Below the pieces are notes generated by a model that did no database searches, was not told the DNA's origin, and saw only the letters and a program-made list of their open reading frames with translations. Below, one piece after another: positions 42,445-56,409 of a stretch of 64,000 bases of DNA. Origin of the DNA: the human T2T-CHM13v2.0 reference genome, Homo sapiens; the NCBI RefSeq assembly GCF_009914755.1, contig NC_060932.1; one strand, given 5' to 3'. Made by a program: the position numbers and the translations under genes. The first letter of the stretch is position 1. Every line of letters begins with the position of its first letter.

Positions 42445-45400
42445 AAAACTCTTTAACCCTTTGTTTAAATCCTATTAACTCTTAACGATACACAGTTCGA
42501 ATTATCTAAATGAAATAATTTTCAAGCACATAACAGATTAGAAACAGAGAATGAGAAAGGTATAGTAGATATTATGTAAATAAGCAGAAATAATGGCAAT
42601 AATTAAACACACTATCTCTACCTAAAAGAACAGAGATAGAAAACTCATATAAAAATCTAAACTACAGTTTTATGGGGATAGTTAAGGTAAGAGCCTGCAG
42701 GCAGCACTGTATTGCTTTACAAAACAGCATTTCATTTGTATTATGATGATTTCAGACTATCAATTTAAAAATTCATTAGTATAAATTAAGAACAGGTACC
42801 ATTTTCTCCAGATACTTCCCCTTCATCTGTCCTGAAATTATTAATTATTGACTTCTACTTAAATAAGATCTTATTTTCATCTGCTGGAAAACTTTTTCTG
42901 ATAACCATACATATCTTCAATGTCTACAATTTGAATGGAGAGCCCTTTCAATGTGGCGTTTCTGTTTCTTCCATAACCTCACAACGATATGTGGTGGCCC
43001 CGCAGTCATTATGGTCTTGTTAAATAATTAGATTTGTGTAAACTATATTTTAGAGTCTTCCAAAACGCCTCTCCTTCCAAAATGGCTAAAAGGGCAAAGC
43101 GTCAGTAATTCTGTAGACATGCTTCATGCATGTTCTGAATAGGAGCTATGGTATAATGAGATGCTATCTCTGGAAAAAAATGAATAGATTTTCAAGATTG
43201 TGAGTCCTGACATGAGTTCTCTAGAATTTTCCCCTTTGATAAATTTTCCTTTACCTAGCTGTTGCCAAATTGTCTCTTCTAGAAGAATGCCCAGATTTTT
43301 TTTCAGTTCCAAAGTTATCAAAATCCCAGGAATATTTCACAGAAAAGAGAAGCATTTATAGCAAGCATGGGTGTGGCATGCTTTCTCTGTGGGAAGTTGT
43401 CATCCTCCACAAGATCTTGCCCACACTCAAAACAAACTTGCTTCCCATCACATTCTTGGTTTGTCAGCACTCTGTAAAAGGAAATCTCATCTCCTGTCTG
43501 TTGATAGTAGAGCTTATATCAAACTGGGACATGTTTCTTCTTCATTCATGAATAAGTCTAATTTTCTCTCCGGTGTGTAAAACTGACAATACCCACAAGA
43601 TACTACTGACTTGGAAGTTTCACTGCAGGTAGCTACCATACCAGCATTTGGTAAACTAGCTCCCTAGGTGAGACAGCATTAGATGACCTCCTTCGTGCCA
43701 CACTACTTGCCAGTATCCACTGGGAGACAAATTATGATTGTTGCGTCCTTCTTTGAAAACACCCCTGCTGAGTACCTACTGTATGTGAGTCACTGTGCAG
43801 GCACTAGAAATATAAAGCAAAAAAAACAGATTCTACCCACCGGGAGCTCCTAGTCCAGTGGTGAAGAGGTGTATTAACCCTCAAGGCCCTAAGAAAATCC
43901 CCAATAGGGCTCTGCACAAGCCGGGCTCTGATAGGAGGTGCCAGTGCTTTTCTTCTTCCAGTTTCAGAGCCCCAGCGATCCCAGGATGAAGGAGAGCCCA
44001 TTTGCAACCCTCTTCTGTCTCCCTAAGCATTCAACAAACACTTAGTGACCATCTGTCTTGTGCAAAAAGCTTGGGGAGTGATAAAAACAAATCAAATTCA
44101 CATTTTAATTTAGGGAGTTTAGGAGATACATCCTAGTGTGGATTTCACATGGTCAATGATTTGCTTTCCTTGAATTTGCCCTCTGCAACCAACACCTGTT
44201 CGTGCTATGAGACTGAAGTCCTCCTAGACCGCCCCATTCATCTGAGTAGTTAGGGCTCTGGATGAAGGAGCAAATGGACAAAATAAGCCCCCTCTTGCTC
44301 AGGACCTGACTAACATTTCAGAACTGCGGTCACCCATTTTATACAAACCAAAGCACTTCTGACAGACCTCTGAATTTGCATTAAAAAGAGCACGTCTACA
44401 GCTCCTAACAATCAAAAACAACTATGAACACTGCTTGCTTCAGTGATACAAACAGACATTTTCTTGTTACATGTGTGGTGATCTGAGAATGGTGACTTTG
44501 GACCCAGTTTGACTGGTTAGCGTTTAAATAAAACTTAACAGACTAGGCAACTAAAGGAACTCAGTAAAAGATCAAAAGCAATGCTCAAAGGGAGTGCCTG
44601 GGTAACCATGATGTAATTGCAGATTGACACATCTTTGGGTTTTTCATTATTGTTTCTAAAAACTAGATATTATTGCTTTATTATTATGTTGATGATGATT
44701 ATTGAAAGCACGATAGCAATGTTTAAGTGGTGAGAATGACTCTAAGCCTCTTTTTGTTGCTGTGACTGACAGAACTAAAGGGAGTTTGCTCTCACATTCA
44801 CAATACCAACTCTGCCATCTTATGGAAAATATTGGAAGTACCTAGGGCATTTCATTATATTTCAAAGGCACAGGTTGCTGGTAAGAGGGACAGAAAGACA
44901 AGAACATAGTACCTTCTATTTCTACTACATGTTTTTAATCTTTAACATTTTTACCAGCAGAAATCATTTTTTTTTTAAATCTCTCAATCTTCAAATAATT
45001 CTTAGATTGCTTGCCAGCAAAGATGTCTCTTGATCTTGACACTGGAATTCAATGTAAAAATCTTGAATGATATTTTGTACTGATATGAATTTCTACTGTC
45101 CCATAACACTGTGTAGTGACTTCACTGTATATTAACTTCTTTTCTACAGATGTTTGACTTATGAGATGAATTAATTGAAAAAGTCAAAGCCTATCAGGAG
45201 CTATCTTATATGATGTTGGTAGCCTGTGAAAAAATAAATGTCTTTTTTCTTATACAAACTGATAACAAGACTTGCTTTCACAATTACTATTTACATTTTT
45301 GTGCATATAATGCCTGTATATTATACTCATATTTGAAAGTGATCAGAAAGTGTTATTTAACAGAAACTACATACATTTTTTATGTCTCTCTGGACCCTTT

Positions 45401-46672
45401 GATTCTAAGTAAATTTACAGTAAGTTAGCAGTAATAGACTATTCTTTTCAACTATGAATAAAAATGTACACTGAAGTACAAGATGACTACTGTTTTTAAT
45501 ACATTTTCTCACTATATTATATATTTATTGTAGTAAACTTAGAAACCATATGCATCTTGAATGTTCCTGAATTCTTCAGATTTTGGAGGATTACCCCCCT
45601 ATTTCATGCACAAATAAAAGTCTTAAGCTACATGACTATAGGAAACCTGGTCCCTCCCCTAGAAATTTCTGAGCAACCCTGGAGAGCGTTTAAATGTTCT
45701 GCAAGTGTACCCAGGTGATGCCACTGCCCACTGCAGACAGCTGCTCTGGGCTTCCCCACCAATGCCCCTGACTCCAATTACATCTCACCCCTGCCACTCA
45801 CTCCACCCTGCCTCTTCCCAAAACAGGAACTCGGCCTCTCTTTTGATTCCACAAGCAAAGTTGAAACAAACCTTTGTAACTAACAAGTGTTACTAAGGTT
45901 TTGTGGTAAATATACTCCAGAAAAGAAAACCTTAAAGTAGGTCTCAGGTACCAATGAGTCCAGAGACATTCTGAATCCACCTTCACAGGCTGGTCTCCAT
46001 CAGACTCTTCTTGCTCCCCTGCCTCTATCTTGTTGCTCCCAAGGAGATCTGCCCACTTTTGACTTCTTCATTGCCTCTGAGACAGGTCATCAAAACATCC
46101 TCCACCACAACCCAGCCAGGGAGTAAAATCCCCTTAACATGAGAGTACTGTAGTCTCCACAAAAATTATTTAAAAGAACACTTTATTCTTTACATTATTT
46201 GACAGAACATTTAACATCTGACCTGAGTCATTTGCACTGGGATTCCATCCCCAGATCAGACTTTCCCAAAAACAGTGAGTGAATTTGTCTTGAACAAATT
46301 GCTAGCACCTCACAGTGCATTCATCACAGAAAAAAAAAAAAAGGGAGGAGCCTGTTAACTTTTATGGGAACTTTCTGTATTGCTTTTGCAACTTTTTGTA
46401 GTTCTACAACTTTATTTAAAAGGAAGCAGGGAGGCTTGTTTTAGTGACATACTCCAGATTCTACTCTTAGAGATGAAAGCACAACAACATAAAAATTCAT
46501 ACTTTTTTTTCCATTTCCATTTATCAAAGTAGAAATATAGTCTAGTCTCAGAGTGTCTATCTACTTACAAGCCAAATTTTAAGAAGAAAAGTTTACATTG
46601 CTGATATGACTGCCTTTTCCCTTGGATGAGGATTTGAATTCCTATGCCTCGTTGGACAAATGGAAATCATAT

Positions 46673-47121
46673 TGTATGGCAGACACATTTCATAGCAACA
46701 ACTTAAGCATACCCTAAGAATGACCCTATGGTTTAAGAAGAATGTGTATTTGGAGATCTGTGCTAAAGAATCCAGGAGTGGCTAACCCGGAGATTCATCT
46801 CTTATCTATAAGGAACATCTGAGCCCCTAGTCCATCCTGTGGAACGCAGCCCATTCAGGAGATTGAGGCCCTTTGTTTTGGGTTAAACGAATGTTGCCAA
46901 GTGGATGTTGCTAGCAGAACAGTGATAAGTGAAAATGTCATATAAACTGCATGCTTTTTACAAGTGGTTGCAGTCCTCCTCTCCAGCCCACTATCACTGG
47001 ACTGCCCCATATGTAAGTTCCCTCAATAAACTCTGTGTCTCATTCACTGGCTTCAGGTCTCTTATTCAGCCTCTCAAACATGGTGCCCTCCCTACCAAAG
47101 TGAATGACATCAAGCACGACA
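46673..47121 (+). mobile_element. ERV solo LTR (LTR47-like, ERVL class)
   Basis: TG...CA termini, perfect 5-bp TSD CATAT, TATAAA at 46941, AATAAA at 47025. Confidence 0.85.
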
Positions 47122-47681
47122 CATATTAGATGTTCCTATAATCTAATCATAGCTATGATTTAAACTACAGACTAGTATATATTATTTTTCTTCTCTTTCA
47201 TCTTTTGCCTGTGTCAAAATAACTTAATCATGTCTTTGCTCCTCCTCTGCAATCTCACTGCCATTGCATTTATTATGGTACTCTTTATTAAATAGTCTCT
47301 TCATGGAGCTTAGACCCTCCCCCATCCCCCAAAACTCTGCTTTTCAGTATTATATTTCTAAAGTAAGAAATCTGAGCCGTGTTTTATCACCCTGCTTAAA
47401 ATCTTGAAATAGGATAAAGACTCAGATCCAAATTTCTCATCTTGGTATATAAACTCATCCATTATCTGACCCAACATAGGTTATCAGCCTTGTCTCTTAC
47501 ACACAACGTGTTTTTTTCTTGCTCTTATCTAAACATTGCCCCTGCTCTTTCATGCTTATATGATTTGGGAGCTCTTCATGTATAATGGTTATATCATCTT
47601 GAATGCTAGATATATTTCCACATTGTTTAAGACCTAAGTTCAATTATGTCCTACTAAAAGTGCACTCAATATATAATTATT

Positions 47682-50272
47682 GGCTGCGTGTGGTAGCTCA
47701 TGCCTATAATCCCAGCACTTTGGGAGGCCGAGGTGGCTGAATCGCTTGAGTTCAGGAGTTTAAGATTAACCTGGCCAACATGACAAGACCACGTATCTAC
47801 TAAAAATACAAAAAAAAACATCAACTGGGTGTGGTGGCTGGCGTGTGCCTGTAATTCTACTTGAGAGGCTGAGGCATGAGAATCACTTGATTCTTGGAGA
47901 ATCACAGCTGCTTGGGAGGCTGAGGCATGAGAACCCTTGAATTCAGGAGGTGGAGTATATTAGGCTGTTTTCACACTGCTAATAAAGACCTACCTGAGAC
48001 TGGGTAATTTATAAAAAATAAGAGGTTTAATGGACTCACAGTTCCACATGACTGAGGAGGCCTCACAATCATGACAGAAGGCAAAGGAGGAGCAAAGGCA
48101 CGTCTTACATAGCAGCAGGGAAGAGATCATGTCCAGGGGAACTCTCCCTTACAAAACCATCAGATATCATGAGACTAATTTACTATCATGAGCACAGCAT
48201 GTGACAGACCTCCCCCCCATGATTCAATAACCTCCCACTGGGTCCCTCCTATAACACATGGGAATTATGACAGCTACAATTCAAGATGAGATTTGGGTGG
48301 GGAACACAGCCAAACCATATCATTCTGCCGCTGCCCCTCCCAAATCTCATGTCCTCACATTTCAAAACACAGTCATGCCTTCCCAACAGTCCCCCAAAGT
48401 CTTAACTCATTACAGCATTAACACAAAATCCCAACTCCAGAGTCTCATCTGAGACAAGGCAAATCCCCTCTGCCTATGAGACTGTAAAAATCAAAAGCAA
48501 GTTAGTTACTTTCTAGATACAAGGGGAGTACAGGCATTGGGTAAATACTCCTGTTCTAAATTGGAGAAATTGGCAAAAACCAAAGGGCTATAGGCCCTAT
48601 GCAAGTCTGGAATCCAATGGGGCAGTCATTAAACCTTAAATTTCCAAAATGATCTCCTTTGACTCCATGTCTCACGTCCAGGTCACAGTGATGCAAGAGG
48701 TGGGCTCCCACAGCCTTGGGCAGCTCCACTTCTGTGGCTTTGCAGGGTACAACCTCCTTCCCAGCTGCTTTCATGGGCTGGTTATGAGTGTCTATGGCTT
48801 TTCCAGATGCACAGTGCAATCTGTCAGTGGGTCTACCATTCTGGGGTCTGAAGGATGGTGACCCTCTTCTTGAAGCTCCACTAGGCAGTGCCTCAGTGGG
48901 CACCTTGTGTGAGGGCTCCAACCCCACATTTGCCTTCTCCACTGCCCTAGCAGAGGGTCTCCATGAGGGCTCCGCACCTGCAGCACACTTCTGCCTGGAT
49001 ATCCAGGTGTTTCCATACATCCTCTGAAATCTAGATGGAGATTCCCAAACCTCAGTTCTTGACTTCTATGCACCCACAAGCTCAACACCACATGGAAGCT
49101 GCCAAGGCTTGGGGCTTGCACCCTCTGAAGCCACAGCCTGAGCTGTACCTTGTCCCCTTTTAGCCAAGGCTGGAGCTGCTGGTAGGCAGGGCACCAAGTC
49201 CCTTGGATGTACACAGCAGGTGGGCTTTGGGCCCAGCCCAGGAAACCATTTGTTCCTTCTAGGCCTCTGGGCCTGTGATGGGAGGGGCAGCTATGAAGAT
49301 CTCTGACATGCCCTGGAGACATCTTCCTCATTGTCTTAGTGATTAGCATTTCAGCTCCTCATTACTTATGCAAATTTCTGCAGACAGCTTCAATTTCTTC
49401 CCAGAAAATGGGGTTTTCTTTTCTATCACATCATCAGGCTGCAAATCTTCCAAACTTTTAGGCTCTGCTTCCTCCTGAATGCGTCACCGCTTAAAAATTT
49501 CTTCCCCCAGATATGCTAAATCATCTCTTTCAAGTTCAGTGTTCCACAGATCTCTAGGACAGGGGCAAAATGCCACCAGTCTCTTTACTGGAGTAAAGAA
49601 CAACCTTTATTCCAGTTCCCAACAAGTTCCTTATCTCCATCTGAGACCACCTCAGCCTGGACTTTATCATCCATAGCACTATGAGCATTTTGGTCAAAGA
49701 CATTCAACAAATTTCTAGGAAGTTCCAAACTTTCTCACATCTTCCTTTCTTCTTCTGAGCCTTCCAAACTGTTCCACCTGTTACCCAGTTCCAACATCAC
49801 TTCCACATTTTCGGGTACCTTTACAGAGGTGCACCACCATCTGGTACCAATTTACTGTTTTAGTCTGTTCTCACTCTACTAATAAAGACATACCTGAGAG
49901 TGGGTAATTTATAAAAAATACCAGGTTTAATGTACTCACAGTTCCATATGGCTGGGGAGACATCATAATCATGGCAGAAGGCAAAGGAGGAGCAAAGTCA
50001 TGTCTTACATGGTGGCAAGGAAGAGAGCTTGTGTAGGGTAACTCCCCCTTACAAAGCCATCAGATCTCATGAGACTTATTCACTATCACAAGATCAGCAC
50101 ATGAAAGACCCACCCCCATGATTCTATAACTCCCACAACATGTGGGAATTATGGGAGCTACAATCTAAGATGAGATTTGGGTGGGGACACAGCCAAGCCA
50201 AATCACAGAGCTTGCGATGAGCTGAGATCATGCCACTGCACTCCAACAGAGGGAGACTCTGTCTCGAAAAAA
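47682..50272 (+). mobile_element. Alu split by THE1C (47682-47955 and 50206-50272)
   Basis: Alu text stops at ...GGAGGTGGAG and resumes CAGAGCTTGCGATGAGCTGAGATCATGCCACTGCACTCC. Confidence 0.9.
47956..50205 (-). mobile_element. Complete THE1C-like MaLR provirus (3'LTR 47956-48322, internal 48323-49855, 5'LTR 49856-50205)
   Basis: Two ~350-370 bp direct-repeat LTRs; internal region starts GTAAATTGGTACCAG on minus; 5-bp flanks TGGAG/CAGAG. Confidence 0.94.
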
Positions 50273-51229
50273 CATTTTTTAATAAAAAGAAAAATATGTA
50301 TATATATAATTATTGAACATTTACTCTGTGGAAGATGTTGGTTCTACTTGGCAGAATTGGTCTTTCTACACCCTAAGAAATTTAGTATTACTTCCATTAT
50401 TAGACATTGAACCCTAAATACACCTATGACATCATGAATTCTCTGAGTGCTTTGTAAATAGGAATCTAATTAGCTTTTTTGGCAATCACATTACCTTGTT
50501 CATTCCCATCAAACCTTTCTAACCTGGAGCCATAAGGTTATCATTCCCTGCCCTGCACACAAAGGTAAGTGTTAAGTAAAAATTCCTCATCTTGTATCTG
50601 CTCAATGAATGTTTAGACTTGATTTCAGGCACTTATATTGACTTTTATTACACTTAATTTTGTTTGATTCAGCAAATCATTTCAATCTAATAAGATCAAT
50701 TTAAATGTTGATATTTTAAAAATCAACTTATTTTTTATTCTCAGATTCATGTGATCTGCAAGTATGCAAACATCTTTTTATCCAGATGCTGCAAATTATT
50801 GAATAAGCAAGAATTAGTAAGATATTATCACCAAATTGTCACATCAGTCAAGCCTCATGTGCTTCCTAAGAACTGAGGTGATGCATTATTTTAGAGTGTC
50901 ATTCTAAACCCCAGATTCAACATCTTCCTAATCTTTCTAGTGCAGTCTAATATATAAATTTTATGAAAAGCATAGGTTTTTTTTTAACCAGCAGTGCTCT
51001 TTGAGAATTTACATTGATTCCTAAAGATTGCCATTGCTTTGTATAAAATGTTATAAATTATCTTAGCATCTTACCTGGAATTTCCACTAAATTCACCAAT
51101 TTATGATTTGTGAAATCTGATTTTACTTTTTGAAAATTTTCATGTGAATTTCCCATTTTCAGTGTTGTAGCACCTCTCTCTTCCTCTAAGATCCTCCAAG
51201 CTCATCAAAAGCCATGATCTTATTATACC

Positions 51230-51860
51230 AGCAGTTTTATTTATTCAATCTTTCAACAAGTAGTTATTGAACTTCTATAATGTGCCAGGCTCTGGAGCTC
51301 GCCTTACACCAAACAGACACAATCGATCCATTCGAAGTGTCGTAATTACACATTGAGGGACCAACTAGACCTTTTCTCATTGTAAACTTGGAGCAAAAGT
51401 AAATTCATTAAAATAAATTTACATTATAGTGCCACAAAAAAATGAACAGAACCAGAAAGCATTTTTTACAAAAATTAACAGAACAGTGTGATAGAGGGGA
51501 AAAGGATGTGAGATCATGGTGCCCTACCTTCAATAGGGTGGCCAGAAAACACCTCTCTGAAGAAGCAGCATTTGAGCTGAGACCTGAAGAACGAGGAGTC
51601 AGTGATGCAGAGAACCTCAGGAGATGCCTTCCAATCTGAGAAAAGAGTAAGTGCAAAGGCCATGAGATGGGAAAGAGGTGAACAATGTTCAGGGAACTGA
51701 GAGGAGCCCTCTGTGGTTGAGCCTAGTAAGTTTAGGAGAGAGGCTTGAGACTGGACAGGTGGGAGGTAGGAGGTAGCTGGATTATTCAGAGCCTTGTAGA
51801 TCAAGGCAAGAAGTTGAGGTTTTATTCACTAGGAAACCATGAGAGGGTGTTAGGTGTTAA
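51230..51860 (-). mobile_element. L2 fragments
   Basis: TTATTGAACTTCTATAATGTGCCAGGC and CATTTGAGCTGAGACCTGAAG...AAGTGCAAAGGCCATGAG. Confidence 0.7.
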
Positions 51861-52589
51861 TAGCAGTGGGTAAGGCTAATCACCTCAATACCACCTCTTT
51901 GGGTATAAAATCCCAGCAAATACTAGGAACTGCATGTATCTTTAAAAACCAGAATTGTTGGCAAAGAAAAAGGACACTGCACTCTTCCTCTGCTTGAGCA
52001 GAAATTAAATTTAATGTCATTCCTCCCAGCTTGTGCCATCTTAATCCTTTGAGAATATACAGATATCAATGCAGAGCAAAGTATGTGCTTGCTCAGCTCA
52101 CTGACACATAATAATCTGACATTAGTCAATATGTCGGAAAAGGAAATTCAATCACAAAAGACATTTTTGCTTCCAGATTATGTAGAAATGACTTCATTAA
52201 GTTTGTTTTCAGAGTGTTTTTCTGAAAAGCTGATGTCTCTTTAAATGGTTACATTAAAGAGCTCTAATGAAGACTTACATGAACTGAAATATCAGCACTA
52301 ATGGTGCTTGATTCTGTCTTTGTCATTTTGGTGATGAAAAATAAAAGAAGACTGGATATCTCCTGTTAATGCAATACTTTTAGAACTCTTTAATTGAACG
52401 TGTCTTTAAGGGACAAAGTGTCCTGGTGAATAAAAAACAGCTCAAGCAATTTCCTTGAGTTGCAGGCATTGGTACAGAGAAAATATGTTCAGAAAAAAGA
52501 GGAATCAGTAGCTGGAGTTGAGGTGCCACTGAGACCCGGGGCCCATACCCAGCACTGCTCCCCTCGCCACCCCACTTTCTTCTCTTTCC

Positions 52590-52888
52590 TTCTTCTTCTT
52601 TTTTTTTTTCTTTTAGACAGAGTCTCGCTTTGTCGTCCAGGCTGCAGTGCAGTGGCACGACCTCAGCACTCTGCAGCTTACATCTCCCAGGTTTAAGTGA
52701 CCCTCCTGCCTCCCAGAGTAGCTGGGATTACAGGCATGCACCACCACACCCAGCTAATTTTTGTATTTAGTAGAGACGGGGTTTTACCATGTTGGCCAGA
52801 CTGGTCTCAAACTCCTGACCTCAAGTGATCCACCCGCCTCAGCCTCCCAAAGTGCTGGGATTACAGGCATGAGCCACCACTCCCAACC
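52590..52888 (-). mobile_element. Alu (AluSx/Sz-like)
   Basis: CTCCTGACCTCAAGTGATCCACCCGCC; T-rich tail; flanking CTTCTCTTT. Confidence 0.94.
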
Positions 52889-53539
52889 ACTTCTCTTTTA
52901 TTCTTTACTTTTCCTTCCTGTATCTCTGATCTCTCTGTATTTCTTATACTTGGGGATGCCCCTCTCTATGTTACTTTAGTGCCAGTTCTACTATTCATTT
53001 ACTCCATATTTTTGAATCAGTGAAACTTCCCAGGGCCTGAGTTCTCTTGCCTTTATATAAAGAGAGGCTGACGCCTGTCCCATTGGGTTGCTATGGAAAA
53101 CAGACAACACAGGCCATGATATATCGATAAGTCCCCTCCAAGTGTTAGTGTTCCCTCACCCTCACCCATCCCACCCTTTCAACTTTCCCTTTTCTCCCCT
53201 TCCCTTGCCCATGCCATAGGTCAAGTTTTTCATATAGCCATGATTCACTCTACCTGTGGCCCATGGGTTCCAAGGGCTAGAGGCCACCAGTATAGAGTTT
53301 ATACACTCAGAAGTATATTCTAGCATGCAAATTCTTTCAAAAGAATTCTTTCAAAAAGAATTACCTGATCCCTTCTGCTAGTTAAAGGCAAGATTTTTTT
53401 CTGGTTGGGGAAAGCTGCATAACGAAGTTGAATCCTATACTTGCCTTCGTGCATAAGAGCAATCTGTCATCAGAGGCCAGTCCAAAAGGAAAACTAACAT
53501 CCGGTTAATGAGGGCATAAAACTCAAGCTTTCTTGAGTA

Positions 53540-53867
53540 CCTCACCTCCAAGCAGATTCAGGGACCCAGTCTCATTCTGTGTTCTGGTTTTGTGAAAGCC
53601 TAGGATCCTGAAGGTTTTGTTTTGTTTTGTTTTTTTGCCTCTAGGTACAAAAGAAAAAAGAGTGAAAATAGGAGTGATTGCATGGGGAAATTTTTAGGGG
53701 CCAGGCCTGGAAGTCGTCCACATTACCTCTTTCTGCCCACATTCCTCAGGCCAGAACATAATCATAGTATCCCACCAGACAGCAAGGAAAGCAGAAAAAC
53801 AGGATCTAGCTGTGGCCCAAAAAGAAAAAGAAATAGAATATAGTGAACACATAGCAAACTCTGCCAC
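53540..53867 (-). mobile_element. Old MaLR LTR fragment (MLT1K-like)
   Basis: GGCCAGGCCTGGAAGT...CTGCCCACATTCC...CTCTGCCACA. Confidence 0.6.
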
Positions 53868-54599
53868 ACAACCTTTTATTACAAATAGTTTCGTTTAGTA
53901 TTTTTTACATTGTAATGTGTATTTGATGTATTAGGATTTTACCAACACTTAAGAAAATTGGAAAATTAGGAGAAAAAGAAAATGTACTCAAACTTTAAGT
54001 TTCCATAGAATAATAGTGACTGTCTTAATCTTCATCCTCTGTGCATGTTACAAAAATAATATGTAAACCTGGAGAGTAAATAATGCCACCACAACATTAT
54101 TCTCTAGAGGCACCATATGGCCCCCTTTCTCCCGGCACTGGAAAAATCTCTCACATGTCCTGTTTCTCCTTTTCAGCCTTCTATGGCCCCTTTGTCTCTC
54201 CAGCCTTTTTGCAAACGAATCACTCTTGTCCTTAGCCTCTGGTATTTGTTCTGGTTGGGCCTGATGTTGGGGTTGGAAGGATGGAAATGAGAAAAATACT
54301 ATGCTAAAAGAGTCCTGGTAACTTTCTCTTCTTTGAGTTGCATTACCTAAGGCAGCCTATGTTTCTTTGTGACTTAGAGAAATGAATGAGGCAGATAAGG
54401 GGGTAGAAGTAACTACCTTTTCTCATTGAGATAATTTCTGCCCTGTAAAAGCAAGTTGAGAGCCAGGAAGAAAAGCACAAATGAAAGAAGCATGCCCCAT
54501 AACTTATAAACCATCTTATCTAACTTCAGGTCACTGGTTTAATGCCCTTACATTATTCCAGAGCCTTTTATAAGCTCTTTAAATGCATTAATTACTTTG

Positions 54600-55130
54600 G
54601 GAAGACTTTAAATTGGAATATCAGTAGTGTAGATTTGTCACCATGTGTTAACATTAAAGATGCACGTACCCTTTGACCCAGAAATTTTTAGAAAGTTGTC
54701 CTGCAGATATACCCACATATGTGTAAAAAAGTCATTCACTGCTTTCATCGAAGCATTTTGGTAGTAAGAAAAGATTAGAAACAACCCAAATGCCTACCAG
54801 GGGAAAACTGCTTACATAAATTATGGTACTGCCATGCAATGGGTCGTTATGCAGCTATCAGAAAAGAATGGAGTCTGTGTGCTGGAGTATTTCCAAGATA
54901 GGGTAAAGGGCAAAGCCACATGCAGAAGTAGGTGCAGTATGCCACCATGTTCGTGAAAAGTGTGAAAGGGATTGTATGATGATTTGTCTAAGTGTAGAAT
55001 GTCTCAGGAATGATGTAAAAGAAATCAGTTGCACTGGTCATCTCTGGGAAAAAGGATTGAGTGGCTAGGCACCACAGATCAAGGAAGGAGACATTTTAGG
55101 CTTTCCTCATAAAACCTGTTTGGACACTTC
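54600..55130 (+). mobile_element. Ancient L1ME fragment
   Basis: CCCTTTGACCCAGAAATT...GAAACAACCCAAATGCC...AAATTATGGTAC. Confidence 0.65.
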
Positions 55131-56409
55131 AAGTTCATTCATTCATTCATTCATTCATTAAATGTTATGGTCTTTAACCAGCAGTGTCAAAGGCTACTGA
55201 GAGCAGAGTTTCAGCTCCTCATTTTAACTGGAACATTCCAGAGAAGGAGCATCTCCTTGAAGGGAATTTGACTAAGGCATTAACCGAGAGAAGAGAAATG
55301 TAACCTACATTTCCTCCATCTCCATCTGGAGAGTCCTTTCAGGTGTCATCTTAGGAAAATCTAGGTTTTCCCTTTACAAGGAAGGTGGCATTTTATTTCA
55401 TGGAAAATCAGACTCTGCTTTCTTATAGTTTTTTCAGCTTGGCTCAAGCTCAGGAAAGTAAATAGCAAAAATAGGTGAACCATAAAATTAAGCCTACATC
55501 ATTGGGGTGTTAACTAAGGCCATTAAATTTGTCATTTGGGATCTAAATATTGGAGTAGGACTTTGATGATACTCTGAAATTGTACCTAAAGTAGACTAAT
55601 CCAGAATAATAATAGAGTAAACAGCATGATTGAAAAATTTGAAAAACTACTTAAGCTTTCCAATTGGTATTTACATTTGCACATTCCCATCCTTAATGAC
55701 ATAAAATTAAATAGCTCTACAGATGCTTAATGCATCAGGGCTCAGTGAATCTGGAGGAAAAGCAGATGGCTTATGTATATCTGAGAGCATTTTAATATTA
55801 AGCAAATAAACCCCAATTAGATGGGCGTGGCAGAAGCATATCCTGTTGCATGCTTAATGGTGAGAAGTGGATATTTCAAATGTCTGTCCTCTGTACTTTA
55901 CAAGAGTTTATTCAAAATGGCTGCATGGTAAGGGCTGGGGAATTAAACAAGGCTAAGAAGCAAGAGAGTAGATGAATGAGAATCCACACAGTGGTATAGA
56001 TGAATGCTACAGTAGAAGCTGCTCAGCTGGTGCCTGAGAGGGAAGGGAGGACCTTTGTTCACACTGCTCTGTGTCTGTTGTGCTGACCTGGGACTAGGGT
56101 TGTTGCCGAACTAAAAACAAAGAAAAGCTAAACTGATCTATATCATAAATGTCATAGAGATATGTGGTAGAAGGAAGATGGAGGAAATGGTAAACACAAG
56201 GGGGAAGAAGGAAAGGTAGGTTGGGAGTTTAGAGAGGTAGGAAGGAAAAAAGGCTAGATGACATAAGAAACTTTAAGAAGAGTGGACAATCAATTCAGAA
56301 TTTATATGTAAATCAAAACATCAAGTTGTTCACCATAGATATATAAAATTTGTATTCAACTATACTTCCATAAAGCCAAAAATATTTAAAATATTAGAAA
56401 CATTATAAT

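Noticed and set aside
48556-49349. 154-aa and 185-aa ORFs
   Set aside because: Fragments of the decayed THE1 internal region in different frames; not a host gene.
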